Shown here: piece after piece, positions 28,741 to 38,700 of the stretch | Position numbering within the stretch: position 1 is the first letter of the stretch | Layout: each line of letters starts with the position of its first letter | Assembly: GCA_964544935.1 (NCBI GenBank) | Contig: CAZJDZ010000001.1 | Location: forward strand, 27,018-91,017 | DNA length: 64,000 nucleotides | Source: an uncultured Candidatus Saccharibacteria bacterium | GTDB lineage: Bacteria; Patescibacteriota; Minisyncoccia; Phycocordibacterales; UBA5272 | Reading direction: 5' to 3' | Notes under the pieces: generated by a model | Seen by the model: only the letters and a program-made list of their open reading frames with translations | Database searches by the model: none | What the model was told of the DNA's origin: nothing | Program-made: the position numbers and the translations under genes

Positions 28741-29139
28741 GATTGTAGTGATTACGCTTCACCAACGTGTCGTATCTGGAATTTTTGCGAAAAATAAAAT
28801 ACCTACTCGGTAAATTATTGACTTTCCACTTTATTATTGTGTAATGTAATTATAGCACCTATTGGATCAAAAGTCAAGCATTACACAACAAAATATACTA
28901 TATTGTCAATATGCAGTTCCTAAAAAACCTTATTTTATATAGATAATTTGCAAAATAGAAAAAAACGTGTTATTATCCAATTTACCTAGTTTTCCTTACT
29001 TTTATGCGAAAACTAGTAATTTTATACGGCCTCATCGTCTATCGGTTGGGCGATCAGTAGATCGTGCCGAGAGGCTTAGCAGGTTCCTGTGTCCTGATGT
29101 AAAATACACAGTACACAACGTTTCTTTAATAAAAAATAC

Positions 29140-29211
29140 GGCCTCATCGTCTATCGGTTAGGACACAGGCTTCTCATGCCTGGAAGCGGAGTTCGATTCT
29201 CCGTGAGGTCA
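29140..29211 (+). tRNA. tRNA-Glu(CTC), CCA not encoded
   Basis: GGCCTCA/TGAGGTC acceptor, CAGGC-TTCTCAT-GCCTG, GTTCGATTC. Confidence 0.93.
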
Positions 29212-29524
29212 CATCAACAAAAATACACAGGTAATTCCTGTGTATTTTTGTTGACGGTGATCAATAGAAGCAAAACACCTGCGTGTTTTGCGGGAGAATC
29301 GAATGGGGCTCGCGGGACTTTATCGAGGAGTTCATGACGAGAAGTCCTGTGAGCGATTCTCTGTGAGCCAATATGAATTGCTTCTTGTGCGTGGAGAATC
29401 GAATACGGGCGAGTCAGCAGACGAACTAGCAAGTGAGTGTCTTGGATCGAGTGTCCTACGTGATTTCGCGAATCTGCTTCGAGCATAGCGAGGCAGATTT
29501 GTGACCGATTCTCCTTGAAGTCAT
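29207..29524 (+). repeat. tRNA-Glu tail modules (first 161 bp duplicated at 30086-30246)
   Basis: Hairpin, CCTGCG hairpin, antisense GGAGAATCGAA twice, 3'-end copies CGATTCTCTGTGAG and CGATTCTCCTTGAAGTCA. Confidence 0.85.
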
Positions 29525-29595
29525 CAACAAAATTTTAACCTGATTCTATTTAAAGTAAATATCGCCAAGCAGTTTCCTGCTTGGCGATTAGTTTG

Positions 29596-29868
29596 TCAGT
29601 CATGGTAGTTAGAAACGGTCGCTTTCATATTCCACTGATCATTTTCATGATCCCAGCGGAAGACTGCGAGTTCCTCAACCGAGTAACTGAGTTTAGATTT
29701 TGCCAGTTGGATGGCATTGTCCAAGGTGCCTTCAAAGTCAATGGCGCAATCAAACCTGCCACCACTCACTCTGATGTACGAGGTCGGGTAGTACCCAACC
29801 TCGTCGTCGTAATCCATACGACTAATTACATACTTTTGTACATCCGTGTTCTCCGTGGGTGCGGCCAT
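29596..29868 (-). CDS. Hypothetical protein (GC-richer, SD AGGAG, own terminator 29561-29588)
   Basis: 90-aa ORF. Confidence 0.6.
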   Translation of the reverse strand: MAAPTENTDVQKYVISRMDYDDEVGYYPTSYIRVSGGRFDCAIDFEGTLDNAIQLAKSKLSYSVEELAVFRWDHENDQWNMKATVSNYHD

Positions 29869-30085
29869 GATCAGTCTCCTTGCTTTTCAGCAAGATGACT
29901 AATCAAAGACCTTTGATTAATGAAATCATTCTTGCAATATATAAAAGCAAATATAGTATAACATACTATATCATTTTGTCAAATTATTATGTGATGTAAT
30001 CAGTAGTGAACTAAAAATTAACACATGTTGAAACCCCCTAACCCCCTTACCATCCCACCAACAATTTCCAATTTTGTACCCCTAG

Positions 30086-30246
30086 GGTCACATCAACAAA
30101 AATACACAGGTAATTCCTGTGTATTTTTGTTGACGGTGATCAATAGAAGCAAAACACCTGCGTGTTTTGCGGGAGAATCGAATGGGGCTCGCGGGACTTT
30201 ATCGAGGAGTTCATGACGAGAAGTCCTGTGAGCGATTCTCTGTGAG
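30086..30246 (+). repeat. 161-bp copy of 29207-29367
   Basis: Identical by base-by-base reading. Confidence 0.92.
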
Positions 30247-30309
30247 TTCACAAATACAAAAAGCACTATATATTAATAACATTTTTTGTTTTGACTTGTA
30301 GTACTGCTA

Positions 30310-30339
30310 TTGACAATTATATACTTTACGTGTTATAAT
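30310..30339 (+). promoter_or_regulatory. Sigma70-type promoter
   Basis: TTGACA-N18-TATAAT with TG extension. Confidence 0.7.
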
Positions 30340-30377
30340 AATAATTGGTCATTCATCCATATCTACGGAGAGTAAAA

Positions 30378-30662
30378 ATGCAAATGCGTATTGGCAATAT
30401 TGTCATACTACCTGCTTTAATCTTTGGATTCTTTGATATGCTGTGGCGTGGCAAAGGATTCGCTCAGAGTCTTTCCTTCACAAGAAAAGCTGTTTGCTGT
30501 TTGTTTTGGGATGAAGATACAGAACGACGCATAAAGCGATTTTGTTCGAAGGTAAACTCTGGATGTACAAAGAGTATTGCTTACAGACAAATCCACAAGA
30601 GGCGTGTCGCCTATGCATCTGAGGTGTACGAGCTCCTAGAGCTCCATCTCATGGTCAAATAA
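30378..30662 (+). CDS. Hypothetical protein
   Basis: Promoter, SD GGAG, downstream hairpin at about 30674-30710. Confidence 0.55.
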   Translation: MQMRIGNIVILPALIFGFFDMLWRGKGFAQSLSFTRKAVCCLFWDEDTERRIKRFCSKVNSGCTKSIAYRQIHKRRVAYASEVYELLELHLMVK

Positions 30663-30829
30663 CATCATCACCACCGAAAGCCACCGCGCGTTCGGTGGTC
30701 TTTCTTTTTATTATATTGCAGTGCTAATTTTTAACTGCAATTCACTAAACCCCCTTACCACCCCCACCAACGATTTCCAATTCTTTAGCCCTAGGATCAT
30801 AGATTAAATTTGTATATACTTATTTGCAT

Positions 30830-31117
30830 ATGTTTGGAGCACCACAACCGCCAAGTCAAGAGAAAGAGGATTTTTCAGTATTAGCAAATAAAATAGAAGC
30901 AATCGCCCAGCAATATAAAGACAGTGTTTTTTTACCAAAACTCATACGAGTACTTCGTGACGGTAATAGATATGGAGCAGAAGTATTTATTAATAATGAA
31001 TCTGATAAATTTAGATCGTTTGGAAATGATCTTATCATACTTCTAATACAGGATTTTTACGGTGGTTCAGGAAGTCCATGGTTCACAACCGAAAGAAAAC
31101 TTAAAGAACAGAAGTAA
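30830..31117 (+). CDS. Hypothetical protein
   Basis: 95-aa ORF directly after the C-rich repeat. Confidence 0.55.
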   Translation: MFGAPQPPSQEKEDFSVLANKIEAIAQQYKDSVFLPKLIRVLRDGNRYGAEVFINNESDKFRSFGNDLIILLIQDFYGGSGSPWFTTERKLKEQK

Positions 31118-31288
31118 AACTGTGAAATTCTCTAATATCAGTAATTGTAAATTTGCAATTCATTTGCCCTACGAATGTGGTGACACCTTCGACTGAACTG
31201 TGTACAACACCTGCCGAAGGCCACCGCGCGTTCGGTGGTTTTCTTTTTTACAACCTAACCATCCCCTCATGCTATAATTCATTCTAAT

Positions 31289-31543
31289 ATGATTGACCCA
31301 GAATTAAAAAAACACCTTGAAACAATTGAAGAAGAGCTAATAGTTCTTCGCAAAACTTCAACAGGATTCTCTTCTACATTTATGCGGGGACTTGTCTACG
31401 GAGGAGGATATGTCGTTGGTGCTGTATTTGTGGTGATTATTGTTGGTTGGATTTTAAATATTATTGGAGTTATCCCTGCGCTGAGCAACTATGCTACAGA
31501 ATTCCGTACAGCACTAGAGCGAATAGGCGGACCAGTCAAATAA
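31289..31543 (+). CDS. Small membrane protein
   Basis: FMRGLVYGGGYVVGA hydrophobic segment. Confidence 0.65.
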   Translation: MIDPELKKHLETIEEELIVLRKTSTGFSSTFMRGLVYGGGYVVGAVFVVIIVGWILNIIGVIPALSNYATEFRTALERIGGPVK

Positions 31544-31828
31544 CTAGAGATTTTTATACTTCAGTTTTCTTTCTTTGGTGTACATATACCAAGGTTTTGC
31601 TGGTGCGCCATTCATAAAATGAATAACAGCAATGTAGGTATCTAAGACACATGGATCCTGCCTCATGCCAGTAATCTTGGAGAGTTTTGTATACAATGTA
31701 AAAGCATTTTTATCTTTCAATTGTAGAGGCTTTGTAATACCAAGCATAGCAAAATCACGAATCATGGCAGGACCAACGTTAGGTATATCTGCTAACTTTT
31801 TTACCTGATCTACTCGAGAGGCTTTCAT
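31544..31828 (-). CDS. Helix-hairpin-helix protein (mitomycin resistance/Cdd1-like)
   Basis: IPNVGPAM...LGI...QDPCVLD...PW. Confidence 0.8.
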   Translation of the reverse strand: MKASRVDQVKKLADIPNVGPAMIRDFAMLGITKPLQLKDKNAFTLYTKLSKITGMRQDPCVLDTYIAVIHFMNGAPAKPWYMYTKERKLKYKNL

Positions 31829-31893
31829 ACTAAAAGTATACCGTGAACAGCTGCCATCGAAAAATGTTATACTATGCATATAATATTTTGTAT

Positions 31894-32043
31894 ATGAACA
31901 AAGCCGACAAAAAATGTATCGTCTGTAGAATTGACCTCAATACTCAAAAAAGTTTTAAGGAGCGAGAAGACTGGGAAACAGTAAAGTTCTGTAGTAGTAA
32001 ATGTAGAAAAGCTGGCGCAGAAAGACGTGGGAAAAGAAGATAG
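31894..32043 (+). CDS. DUF2256-like small Zn-finger protein
   Basis: KKCIVC...WETVKFCSSKCR. Confidence 0.75.
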   Translation: MNKADKKCIVCRIDLNTQKSFKEREDWETVKFCSSKCRKAGAERRGKRR

Positions 32044-32129
32044 CTACAAGTCCTTGGTAGACTAACTATATTGAAGTATATTTATATTGTACTGCTACAG
32101 ACTACTAACTATTAGCTAAATGCCAGACA

Positions 32130-33074
32130 TTATTCCACTATTGGTTTAATTTCTTCACCAAATACTTTTGATATCCCTTCTGCATACTGTGCAATATGTT
32201 CCTTAAAAAGTGCAGGGTGTGCTTTTTGGATTTTACCAACTATATAATAAGCAATTGCTATCATCGCTCCGTAACCAGCATCTTCTGGAAGAGGAATATT
32301 CATTCTATTCTCTTCGCTCCCCCATGTTGTATTATCGTATCCAAAACTAAGAAAGAGTTCATGTGAAGGCACAACTGTGGTTGCATGTTTTACATATTCA
32401 GATGTTTCTACATCACGAGCAATAGCACGTCCAAAAAGTTCAATAAATTTGATCTGGATCATGCGAACAACTCCTGAGAACTGTGTTGGAACAATAACAT
32501 AGTACTTGTCATATGACGCTAACTTTGAGAAATCAATCGTATCAATTTTTTCTGTAATGAAATGAGAGATAGTTTGAGGATTTTCATGTGTCGCACCAAG
32601 AATCATTCCAAGATATGTTGATGTGTTGTAGGTATATGGTTCACGATTTTTTGGAAAAATATATTCACTGTCACCGTGAGCAATATCAAGTAAACGAGAT
32701 GCTTCACTATCTTGCGTATTAGTAATGAGCATCACAGATTTTCCGAGCTCTTTAGCACGTCGTGCGATGATCGGAGCATGCTTTGCACCAGAAGCTGAAA
32801 TGAGAACTACTCCATCAATTGCAGGAATATTCTGTAGTTTACTTTCATATGTGCTCTCTGATGCGAAAACAGCATCTGTTTTTTCAAAGAGAATTTTTCC
32901 TGTTGCTTCAGCATTTCCTGAACCAACAACGAGTGGTCGCTTGAACTTAGTAAGATCAACCTGTGGAAGTGTCTGCTTTTCAAAAAGTTCAAGTGCCCCA
33001 AGCACAACAGTATCGAGGTCAGGAATATTTTCAAGAGTAAAAGTATTTAGTGTTTCAAGAGATGATTCGTTCAT
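32130..33074 (-). CDS. SIS-domain (sugar isomerase-like) protein
   Basis: VVGSGNA, LISASG, KHA motifs. Confidence 0.6.
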   Translation of the reverse strand: MNESSLETLNTFTLENIPDLDTVVLGALELFEKQTLPQVDLTKFKRPLVVGSGNAEATGKILFEKTDAVFASESTYESKLQNIPAIDGVVLISASGAKHAPIIARRAKELGKSVMLITNTQDSEASRLLDIAHGDSEYIFPKNREPYTYNTSTYLGMILGATHENPQTISHFITEKIDTIDFSKLASYDKYYVIVPTQFSGVVRMIQIKFIELFGRAIARDVETSEYVKHATTVVPSHELFLSFGYDNTTWGSEENRMNIPLPEDAGYGAMIAIAYYIVGKIQKAHPALFKEHIAQYAEGISKVFGEEIKPIVE

Positions 33075-33173
33075 ATGTATAACTATAATACTTTTAATAA
33101 TAGCACATTCTAGATATGAAAAGGCCTCCCTTGTGGGGAGGTCTTCTAGAACTTCTGATGTCTCGTGTAGTTC

Positions 33174-33587
33174 TTACGCGAGAGCAGCTTCGGAGTCACC
33201 TTGATGATTGTCTTGGTGGCGACCTTGGGAGGTGAAACCGTCTTGCATCTTCATCCGGTCGAGGAAGTCGTCGGCTTGGCTCCATCCGCGCGCAGGCTTG
33301 TTCCTGTCGTTGTGACGGCACACCTGCCGATCGAGCTTGTCCATCAGTTGATCGATGGCAGCATAGAGATCTTCGTGCGATTGCTCGACGAAGATGTCCT
33401 TGCCCTTGACACGGAAAGTGACTTCAGCCTTCTGGAGGCGGTCCTTCCCCTTCATCTTCTCCACCGACAACAAAACGTCGATGGAGACCGCTTCGAGGTG
33501 GCGAGTCGGGCGCTCCAACTTGTTCAAGACGTACTCGCGAAGTGCCGGGGTCACCTCGAGATGGTGTCCACTAATGCTCAGGTTCAT
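33174..33587 (-). CDS. hpf: Ribosome hibernation promoting factor (short HPF/RaiA family)
   Basis: [20 protein letters not shown]...[17 protein letters not shown]; SD AGGAG; hairpin at 33121-33145. Confidence 0.9.
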   Translation of the reverse strand: MNLSISGHHLEVTPALREYVLNKLERPTRHLEAVSIDVLLSVEKMKGKDRLQKAEVTFRVKGKDIFVEQSHEDLYAAIDQLMDKLDRQVCRHNDRNKPARGWSQADDFLDRMKMQDGFTSQGRHQDNHQGDSEAALA

Positions 33588-33907
33588 TCTTCTGCTCCTG
33601 TTTTCACTGTAGATATTGAAAGGGCAACAACCTGTTTAACTGCTCGGAGTAAACCAAGCCGACTAACAAGTTGATAGAATACTACCACAAACAAACAGTA
33701 ACGTCTACATGAAAGGTGGATAAGTACAGGATGCTGTAGCTCAAGAAGCTTGGCTTCGAAGACATCCGAAGCTAGCAAGCGTAGGATGCTGTAGCTTGTA
33801 GCTGAAATTCTACGGGTGCAAATTAAACACAAATGCGTGACGCCTACGGCGTCACGCATTGTATTGTATGTAAGCTAAAGGCTACAAGCTAACAACTAAA
33901 AACTTCT

Positions 33908-35188
33908 TTACCTCTTCAGCCACTCATCCTCTTGCCTTACAAGAACCGCTCGTGGGTTATGGTTCTTCGCAAGAATCATAGTAATTGCACGCTCCATACG
34001 CATACTCTGAGAACCTTTTACATACACAACATCTCCTGGCTCAAGCATTTTCACAAGTTCTTTACCTGCGTCGATCGACGTATCACACATCATAATGTTC
34101 TCGTCGAGCATTTTTTCATCAAGCGCACCTTCTGCGGTTACTCGAGATCGTATACCAACAGTAAAAAGTCTATGGCAAGCACTAGCTGCTATCTTGCCAA
34201 TTTTATAATGCTCATCACGTGTATGCTCCCCGAGTTCTAGCATGTCTCCTAATACTGCAATCTTACGACCTGTTGTATCAATTTCAGCAAGTGTCTTAAG
34301 TCCATGCTCTGTTGCTTTTGGTGAAGCGTTGTACGAATCGTCAATAATTACCGTCTGATTCATTCCCTGAAGAAGACGCATGCGGCCTTTTGGTTTTATT
34401 TCATCACGTAAAGATGCACAGGCGATAGGAAGTGGTATCGCAAGAAACTGAGCAACCAAGAGCGCAGGAAGAGCACAATATACAGGAGACTTACCAGCAA
34501 CCTCAGGAAGAACAAGATGCTCTGTTGCTCCACGAGAAACAATAGTTGCTTCAGTTCCTTCAAGAGGACGACCGTATAATTTAATAGCAGTTGCTTGCAT
34601 GTCTGCATATTCATGAATACCAAAACTTACCTTTTGCGCTTTTGTTTTTTCTAGAAGCTTCTTAGAGTCGTGATCATCACTATTATAAATAAATAATCCG
34701 TTCTCCTGTAGAGCACTTACCAAATAACCTTTTTCTTCGATCACAGCATCACGGTCTGCAAAAAATTCTATATGCACCGGAACTTGTCCAAACTGTGTCA
34801 CTACTGTGATATTTGGTTTTATCCATGTTGTAATAGACTTAATATCTCCTGGTCTATCTGCCCCTATTTCAAGTACAAGGTGTGTTGGGTATTCTTTAGA
34901 AAAAGCAACAAAAAAACCTCGAATGATAATCATTATCCATTTGAACGGATTATTCCATCCTGATTTTTCTCCAAGAATTGTAAGTGGCACCCCGAATTCG
35001 CTATTCATACTCTTCTCGCTACGACGCACATGCACATGATCCTTCATAACAGCGTAGATTGCATCCTTTGTTGAAGTCTTGCCAAGATTTCCTGTAACAC
35101 CGATGATGAATGGTTTATGTCGAGCAAGAACTGCTTTTGCTTCCCATGTAATTGCGAGTAATGTGATGCGTTTAATAAAGTCTTTCAT
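33908..35188 (-). CDS. murF: UDP-MurNAc-tripeptide--D-Ala-D-Ala ligase
   Basis: GVTGNLGKTSTK, NSEFGVPLT, IDDSYNASP, LGDMLELG, VKGS. Confidence 0.92.
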   Translation of the reverse strand: MKDFIKRITLLAITWEAKAVLARHKPFIIGVTGNLGKTSTKDAIYAVMKDHVHVRRSEKSMNSEFGVPLTILGEKSGWNNPFKWIMIIIRGFFVAFSKEYPTHLVLEIGADRPGDIKSITTWIKPNITVVTQFGQVPVHIEFFADRDAVIEEKGYLVSALQENGLFIYNSDDHDSKKLLEKTKAQKVSFGIHEYADMQATAIKLYGRPLEGTEATIVSRGATEHLVLPEVAGKSPVYCALPALLVAQFLAIPLPIACASLRDEIKPKGRMRLLQGMNQTVIIDDSYNASPKATEHGLKTLAEIDTTGRKIAVLGDMLELGEHTRDEHYKIGKIAASACHRLFTVGIRSRVTAEGALDEKMLDENIMMCDTSIDAGKELVKMLEPGDVVYVKGSQSMRMERAITMILAKNHNPRAVLVRQEDEWLKR

Positions 35189-35223
35189 GAAATAAGTTTA
35201 AACTAGTTAATGATACTCTCCAG

Positions 35224-35252
35224 TTTACCACAAGGAAGGGTCGTGCTAGAAT
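35224..35252 (+). promoter_or_regulatory. Putative promoter of the ncRNA candidate
   Basis: TTTACC-N17-TAGAAT with TG extension. Confidence 0.55.
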
Positions 35253-35258
35253 GAAAAC

Positions 35259-35472
35259 CACCAAGGGCACTTGCAGTATTTGTAGAGCGACACTGATCTA
35301 AGTTCTGCAATAAAGGTTCCTGTGGTCAATGATCAGCCTAAGGTCAAGGGTTCCAGTAAGTCGTAGTCGGCAGGAACTTGTACACACTACCTTGACTGGC
35401 TTGGTAAGCCTCCTTAGGAATAGGAAGTGAAAGCAACCAGGGCACGACTCTTGCGAGTCGTGCCCTTTTTTA
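35259..35472 (+). ncRNA. Unassigned structured RNA candidate (~210 nt)
   Basis: Promoter, no long ORF, several complementary segments, strong terminator 35439-35472. Confidence 0.5.
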
Positions 35473-35493
35473 TTTCTGCGATCTCAAGAGAAT

Positions 35494-38058
35494 TTAATTT
35501 CTTAAATACTTGTATTCTTCACAATCACACTTCTTTACTTTCTTCCCCCTCCCACATGGGCATGGATCATTACGTCCATACTTTTCACTCCCATGATCTT
35601 GAGTAGGTAATGCGGCAGTAGCTCCCCCAGCGTCTGGAATTACTTGTACAAAATTATTTTGCGCTTGTTGTTGTGCCTGCTGCGCAGCAAAGAAACCATC
35701 TAAGTTTTCAACAAATGAAATCAAATCGTTACGAAGAGAATTCTCAAGTCCTTTAAACATACGAAGACCTTCCTTCTTGTACTCAACAAGTGGATCACGC
35801 TGACCGTACGCACGAAGATTAACACTTGAACGAAGATGTTCCATTGCATCAAGATGTTCCATCCAAAGCGTATCAATAATCTGAAGCATCATAATACGGA
35901 AAATATGATGTACTGCATCACGTCCATACTTTTCTTCTTTTTCTTTAAGCACAGCATCAAACCCTTCTTTTTGTGCTGCAAGCTCTGCAAGCACTTCGTC
36001 AACAAGAGCATCATCTTCAAATAAAATTCGACGGCGCTTTGTATAAATACTTGTACGTTGCTGATTGAGCACATCATCATACTGAAGGGTATGTTTACGA
36101 GTATCAAAATGGAATCCTTCAATCTTCTCCTGAGCCCCTTCAAGTGCACGAGAAACAAGACGTGACTCAATCGGCTCATCTTCTGGAATACCGAAGCGCC
36201 CCATCATGTTCTTGATATTCTGCGATCCAAAGACACGCATAAGATCATCTTCAAGTGACACAAAGAACTGTGTCTCACCAACATCACCTTGTCGCCCTGA
36301 TCGACCTCGTAGCTGATTATCTATACGACGTGCCTCATGACGCTCTGTACCAATCACAAAGAGTCCTCCGAGAGCGAGCACATCTTCTCTTTCTGAGTCA
36401 GTTGCACTTGGCCCACCGAGTTTAATATCCACTCCACGACCTGCCATGTTTGTGGCAATGGTTACCGTCCCTTTCTTGCCAGCTGCTGCAACAATTTCCC
36501 CTTCTTTCTCATGATTCTTTGCGTTAAGAACAGCGTGAGGAATATGCTCTCGTTCGAGGTACTTAGAAATAGCCTCATTCTTCTCAATAGAAATAGTACC
36601 AATGAGCACTGGCTGCCCTTTTTCATGAAGTTCTTTTACTTTCTTTGAGAGCGCTTGCCACTTTCCTTTTTCTGTTTGGAAAATAAAGTCATTATGATCT
36701 GTACGGTGGATTGGATTATGTGTAGGAACAGGAGTAACTACAAGACCGTACACTTTATAGAACTCTTCTTTTGAAGTCTCTGCAGTTCCTGTCATGCCGG
36801 CTAACTTCTCATAAAAACGGAAGTAGTTTTGGAACGTAATAGAAGCGAGTGTTCGTGACTCTTGCTCAATCTTCACTCCTTCCTTTGCTTCTACTGCTTG
36901 ATGAATACCATCTGACCAACGACGTCCTGGCTGCATACGACCAGTGAATTCATCAACAATAATCACTTCACCATCTCGCACTACGTATTCTCGTTCACGA
37001 AGGAAGAGTGCCCTTGCTTTAACAGCAGTTTCGAGATGATGCACATACTTCATTCCTTCTATTGAATAGATATTAGAAATATTAAGCGTGTTTTCTGCTT
37101 TTGTAATACCGTCTTCTGTAAGTGAAATTGCTCGTTGCTTTTCATCAACAGTATAATCCTCTCCTTCAACAAGAGACTCTGCAAGTTGAGCAAACTTCGT
37201 ATACATATCACTTGATTCCTGTGCTGGTGCAGAAATAATAAGCGGCGTACGAGCTTCGTCTATCAAAATAGAGTCGATTTCGTCAACAATTGCATAGTGA
37301 TGAGTATGTTGAGCAATAGCTTCTTTATTGTAACCAATATTATCCCTGAGATAATCAAAACCAAACTCATTATTAGTCCCATACGTAATATCTGCTCTAT
37401 ATGCCTCCTGACGACCACATGGTTTAAGATATTCATGAACAACTTTGTATGACCCAACTTCATCACGTACAGTATCATTTTCCTTATTTTCTTCTGGAGT
37501 GATATGTGTACTATCATACATAAATGAAGACTGGTGGTTGATTACTGAAATAGTAAGACCTAATGCATCATAGACCTGTCCCATCCATACTGAGTCACGA
37601 CGAGAAAGGTAGTCGTTTACCGTCACAATATGTACGCCACGTCCAGTAAGTGCGTTTAAGTATGCAGGAAGTGTAGCAACGAGAGTCTTTCCTTCTCCTG
37701 TTCGCATTTCAGCGATATGACCCATATGAAGAAGAATTCCTCCTATAACCTGCACACGGTAGTGCATCATATGAAGTGTTCTTCGTGAAGCTTCACGTAC
37801 AAGCGCAAACGCTTCAGGCAAAACCTCTTCAAGGACCTTCTTTTCTTTCTGAATAAGCGCTTCGCCTTGCAGACCTTCAAGCTGCTCCATAACATGGGCT
37901 TTTAAGGTAAGACTGCGAGCTTTGAGTTCTTCTGTATCAAGATCTTTGAGAGCATCTTCATACGAAAAAACCTTATCAACCAAAGGAGTAAGCTTCTTAA
38001 TAGTTTTTTTGGATTCGTCTGGGAAAATCGCATTAATCCCCTTGGTAATAAAAGACAT
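35494..38058 (-). CDS. secA: Preprotein translocase ATPase SecA
   Basis: MRTGEGKT, DEIDSILIDEARTPLIIS, QLRGRSGRQGD, SEC-C GRNDPCPC. Confidence 0.97.
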   Translation of the reverse strand: MSFITKGINAIFPDESKKTIKKLTPLVDKVFSYEDALKDLDTEELKARSLTLKAHVMEQLEGLQGEALIQKEKKVLEEVLPEAFALVREASRRTLHMMHYRVQVIGGILLHMGHIAEMRTGEGKTLVATLPAYLNALTGRGVHIVTVNDYLSRRDSVWMGQVYDALGLTISVINHQSSFMYDSTHITPEENKENDTVRDEVGSYKVVHEYLKPCGRQEAYRADITYGTNNEFGFDYLRDNIGYNKEAIAQHTHHYAIVDEIDSILIDEARTPLIISAPAQESSDMYTKFAQLAESLVEGEDYTVDEKQRAISLTEDGITKAENTLNISNIYSIEGMKYVHHLETAVKARALFLREREYVVRDGEVIIVDEFTGRMQPGRRWSDGIHQAVEAKEGVKIEQESRTLASITFQNYFRFYEKLAGMTGTAETSKEEFYKVYGLVVTPVPTHNPIHRTDHNDFIFQTEKGKWQALSKKVKELHEKGQPVLIGTISIEKNEAISKYLEREHIPHAVLNAKNHEKEGEIVAAAGKKGTVTIATNMAGRGVDIKLGGPSATDSEREDVLALGGLFVIGTERHEARRIDNQLRGRSGRQGDVGETQFFVSLEDDLMRVFGSQNIKNMMGRFGIPEDEPIESRLVSRALEGAQEKIEGFHFDTRKHTLQYDDVLNQQRTSIYTKRRRILFEDDALVDEVLAELAAQKEGFDAVLKEKEEKYGRDAVHHIFRIMMLQIIDTLWMEHLDAMEHLRSSVNLRAYGQRDPLVEYKKEGLRMFKGLENSLRNDLISFVENLDGFFAAQQAQQQAQNNFVQVIPDAGGATAALPTQDHGSEKYGRNDPCPCGRGKKVKKCDCEEYKYLRN

Positions 38059-38102
38059 AGTTAGGGAATTATAGCACAAAAGACACTTTGGAGGTAGTTA
38101 CA

Positions 38103-38438
38103 CTACTCCTGCGAATCACTGCTTGTAAAAAACATAATGAAGGCTTCTTGAATCACTGGACGTAGATGAATAGATGTAACAACTCCATACCCACTTGATC
38201 TCCACTCTCCCCAAGAATCATCATCAACAGGAACATGAACATCATGAGGGAGAACTCCTGCACCAATTACCATAATGGCATATTTTTCTTCTTCATCTTT
38301 AAAATAAGCTTCCATAAGGTCCTTGTGGTACATACACTTACCGAAGAGGAGTGTTTCATTCTCAAGAAACACAAATTTAACCTTAGATTCTTCTGTGTCA
38401 CAAATATCAGGTAGTGGAATAATTATAGGCTTCTTCAT
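38103..38438 (-). CDS. Hypothetical protein
   Basis: Likely start MKKPIIIPL at 38438. Confidence 0.55.
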   Translation of the reverse strand: MKKPIIIPLPDICDTEESKVKFVFLENETLLFGKCMYHKDLMEAYFKDEEEKYAIMVIGAGVLPHDVHVPVDDDSWGEWRSSGYGVVTSIHLRPVIQEAFIMFFTSSDSQE

Positions 38439-38529
38439 ACTACATAGTATATACCTTAACGGATTACAGTAAAATAACAAGACTTCACATATCAAAAGAC
38501 TTTGCTTATTTTGTGTCATATAAAAAACA

Positions 38530-38561
38530 AAACAGACATCAGTGGGAGCTGATGTCTGTTT
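38530..38561 (-). terminator. Terminator after histone-like gene
   Basis: AAACAGACATCAG...CTGATGTCTGTTT. Confidence 0.7.
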
Positions 38562-38580
38562 CTTGAAGCTATCAAAGCGA

Positions 38581-38700
38581 TTATGCACGCTTTGCTGTCT
38601 TCTTTGCAACCTTCTTCTTTGCAACCTTCTTAACTGCTTTCTTTGCTACTTTCTTAGCAACTTTTTTAACAGCTTTCTTTGCAACTTTTTTTACTGCCAT
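38581..38700 (-). CDS. 39-aa Lys/Ala/Val-rich histone H1-like protein
   Basis: Hand-translated MAVKKVAKKAVKKVAKKVAKKAVKKVAKKKVAKKTAKRA; absent from ORF track; own terminator. Confidence 0.8.
   Translation of the reverse strand: MAVKKVAKKAVKKVAKKVAKKAVKKVAKKKVAKKTAKRA

Noticed and set aside
33201-33674. Long plus-strand ORFs opposite hpf (also 39510-40070 opposite the DGR-target candidate)
   Set aside because: Antisense shadows expected in GC-rich genes.
35259-35472. Assignment as tmRNA, SRP RNA or riboswitch
   Set aside because: No tRNA-like ends or tag peptide, no SRP helix-8 motif, and no downstream co-oriented gene to regulate.
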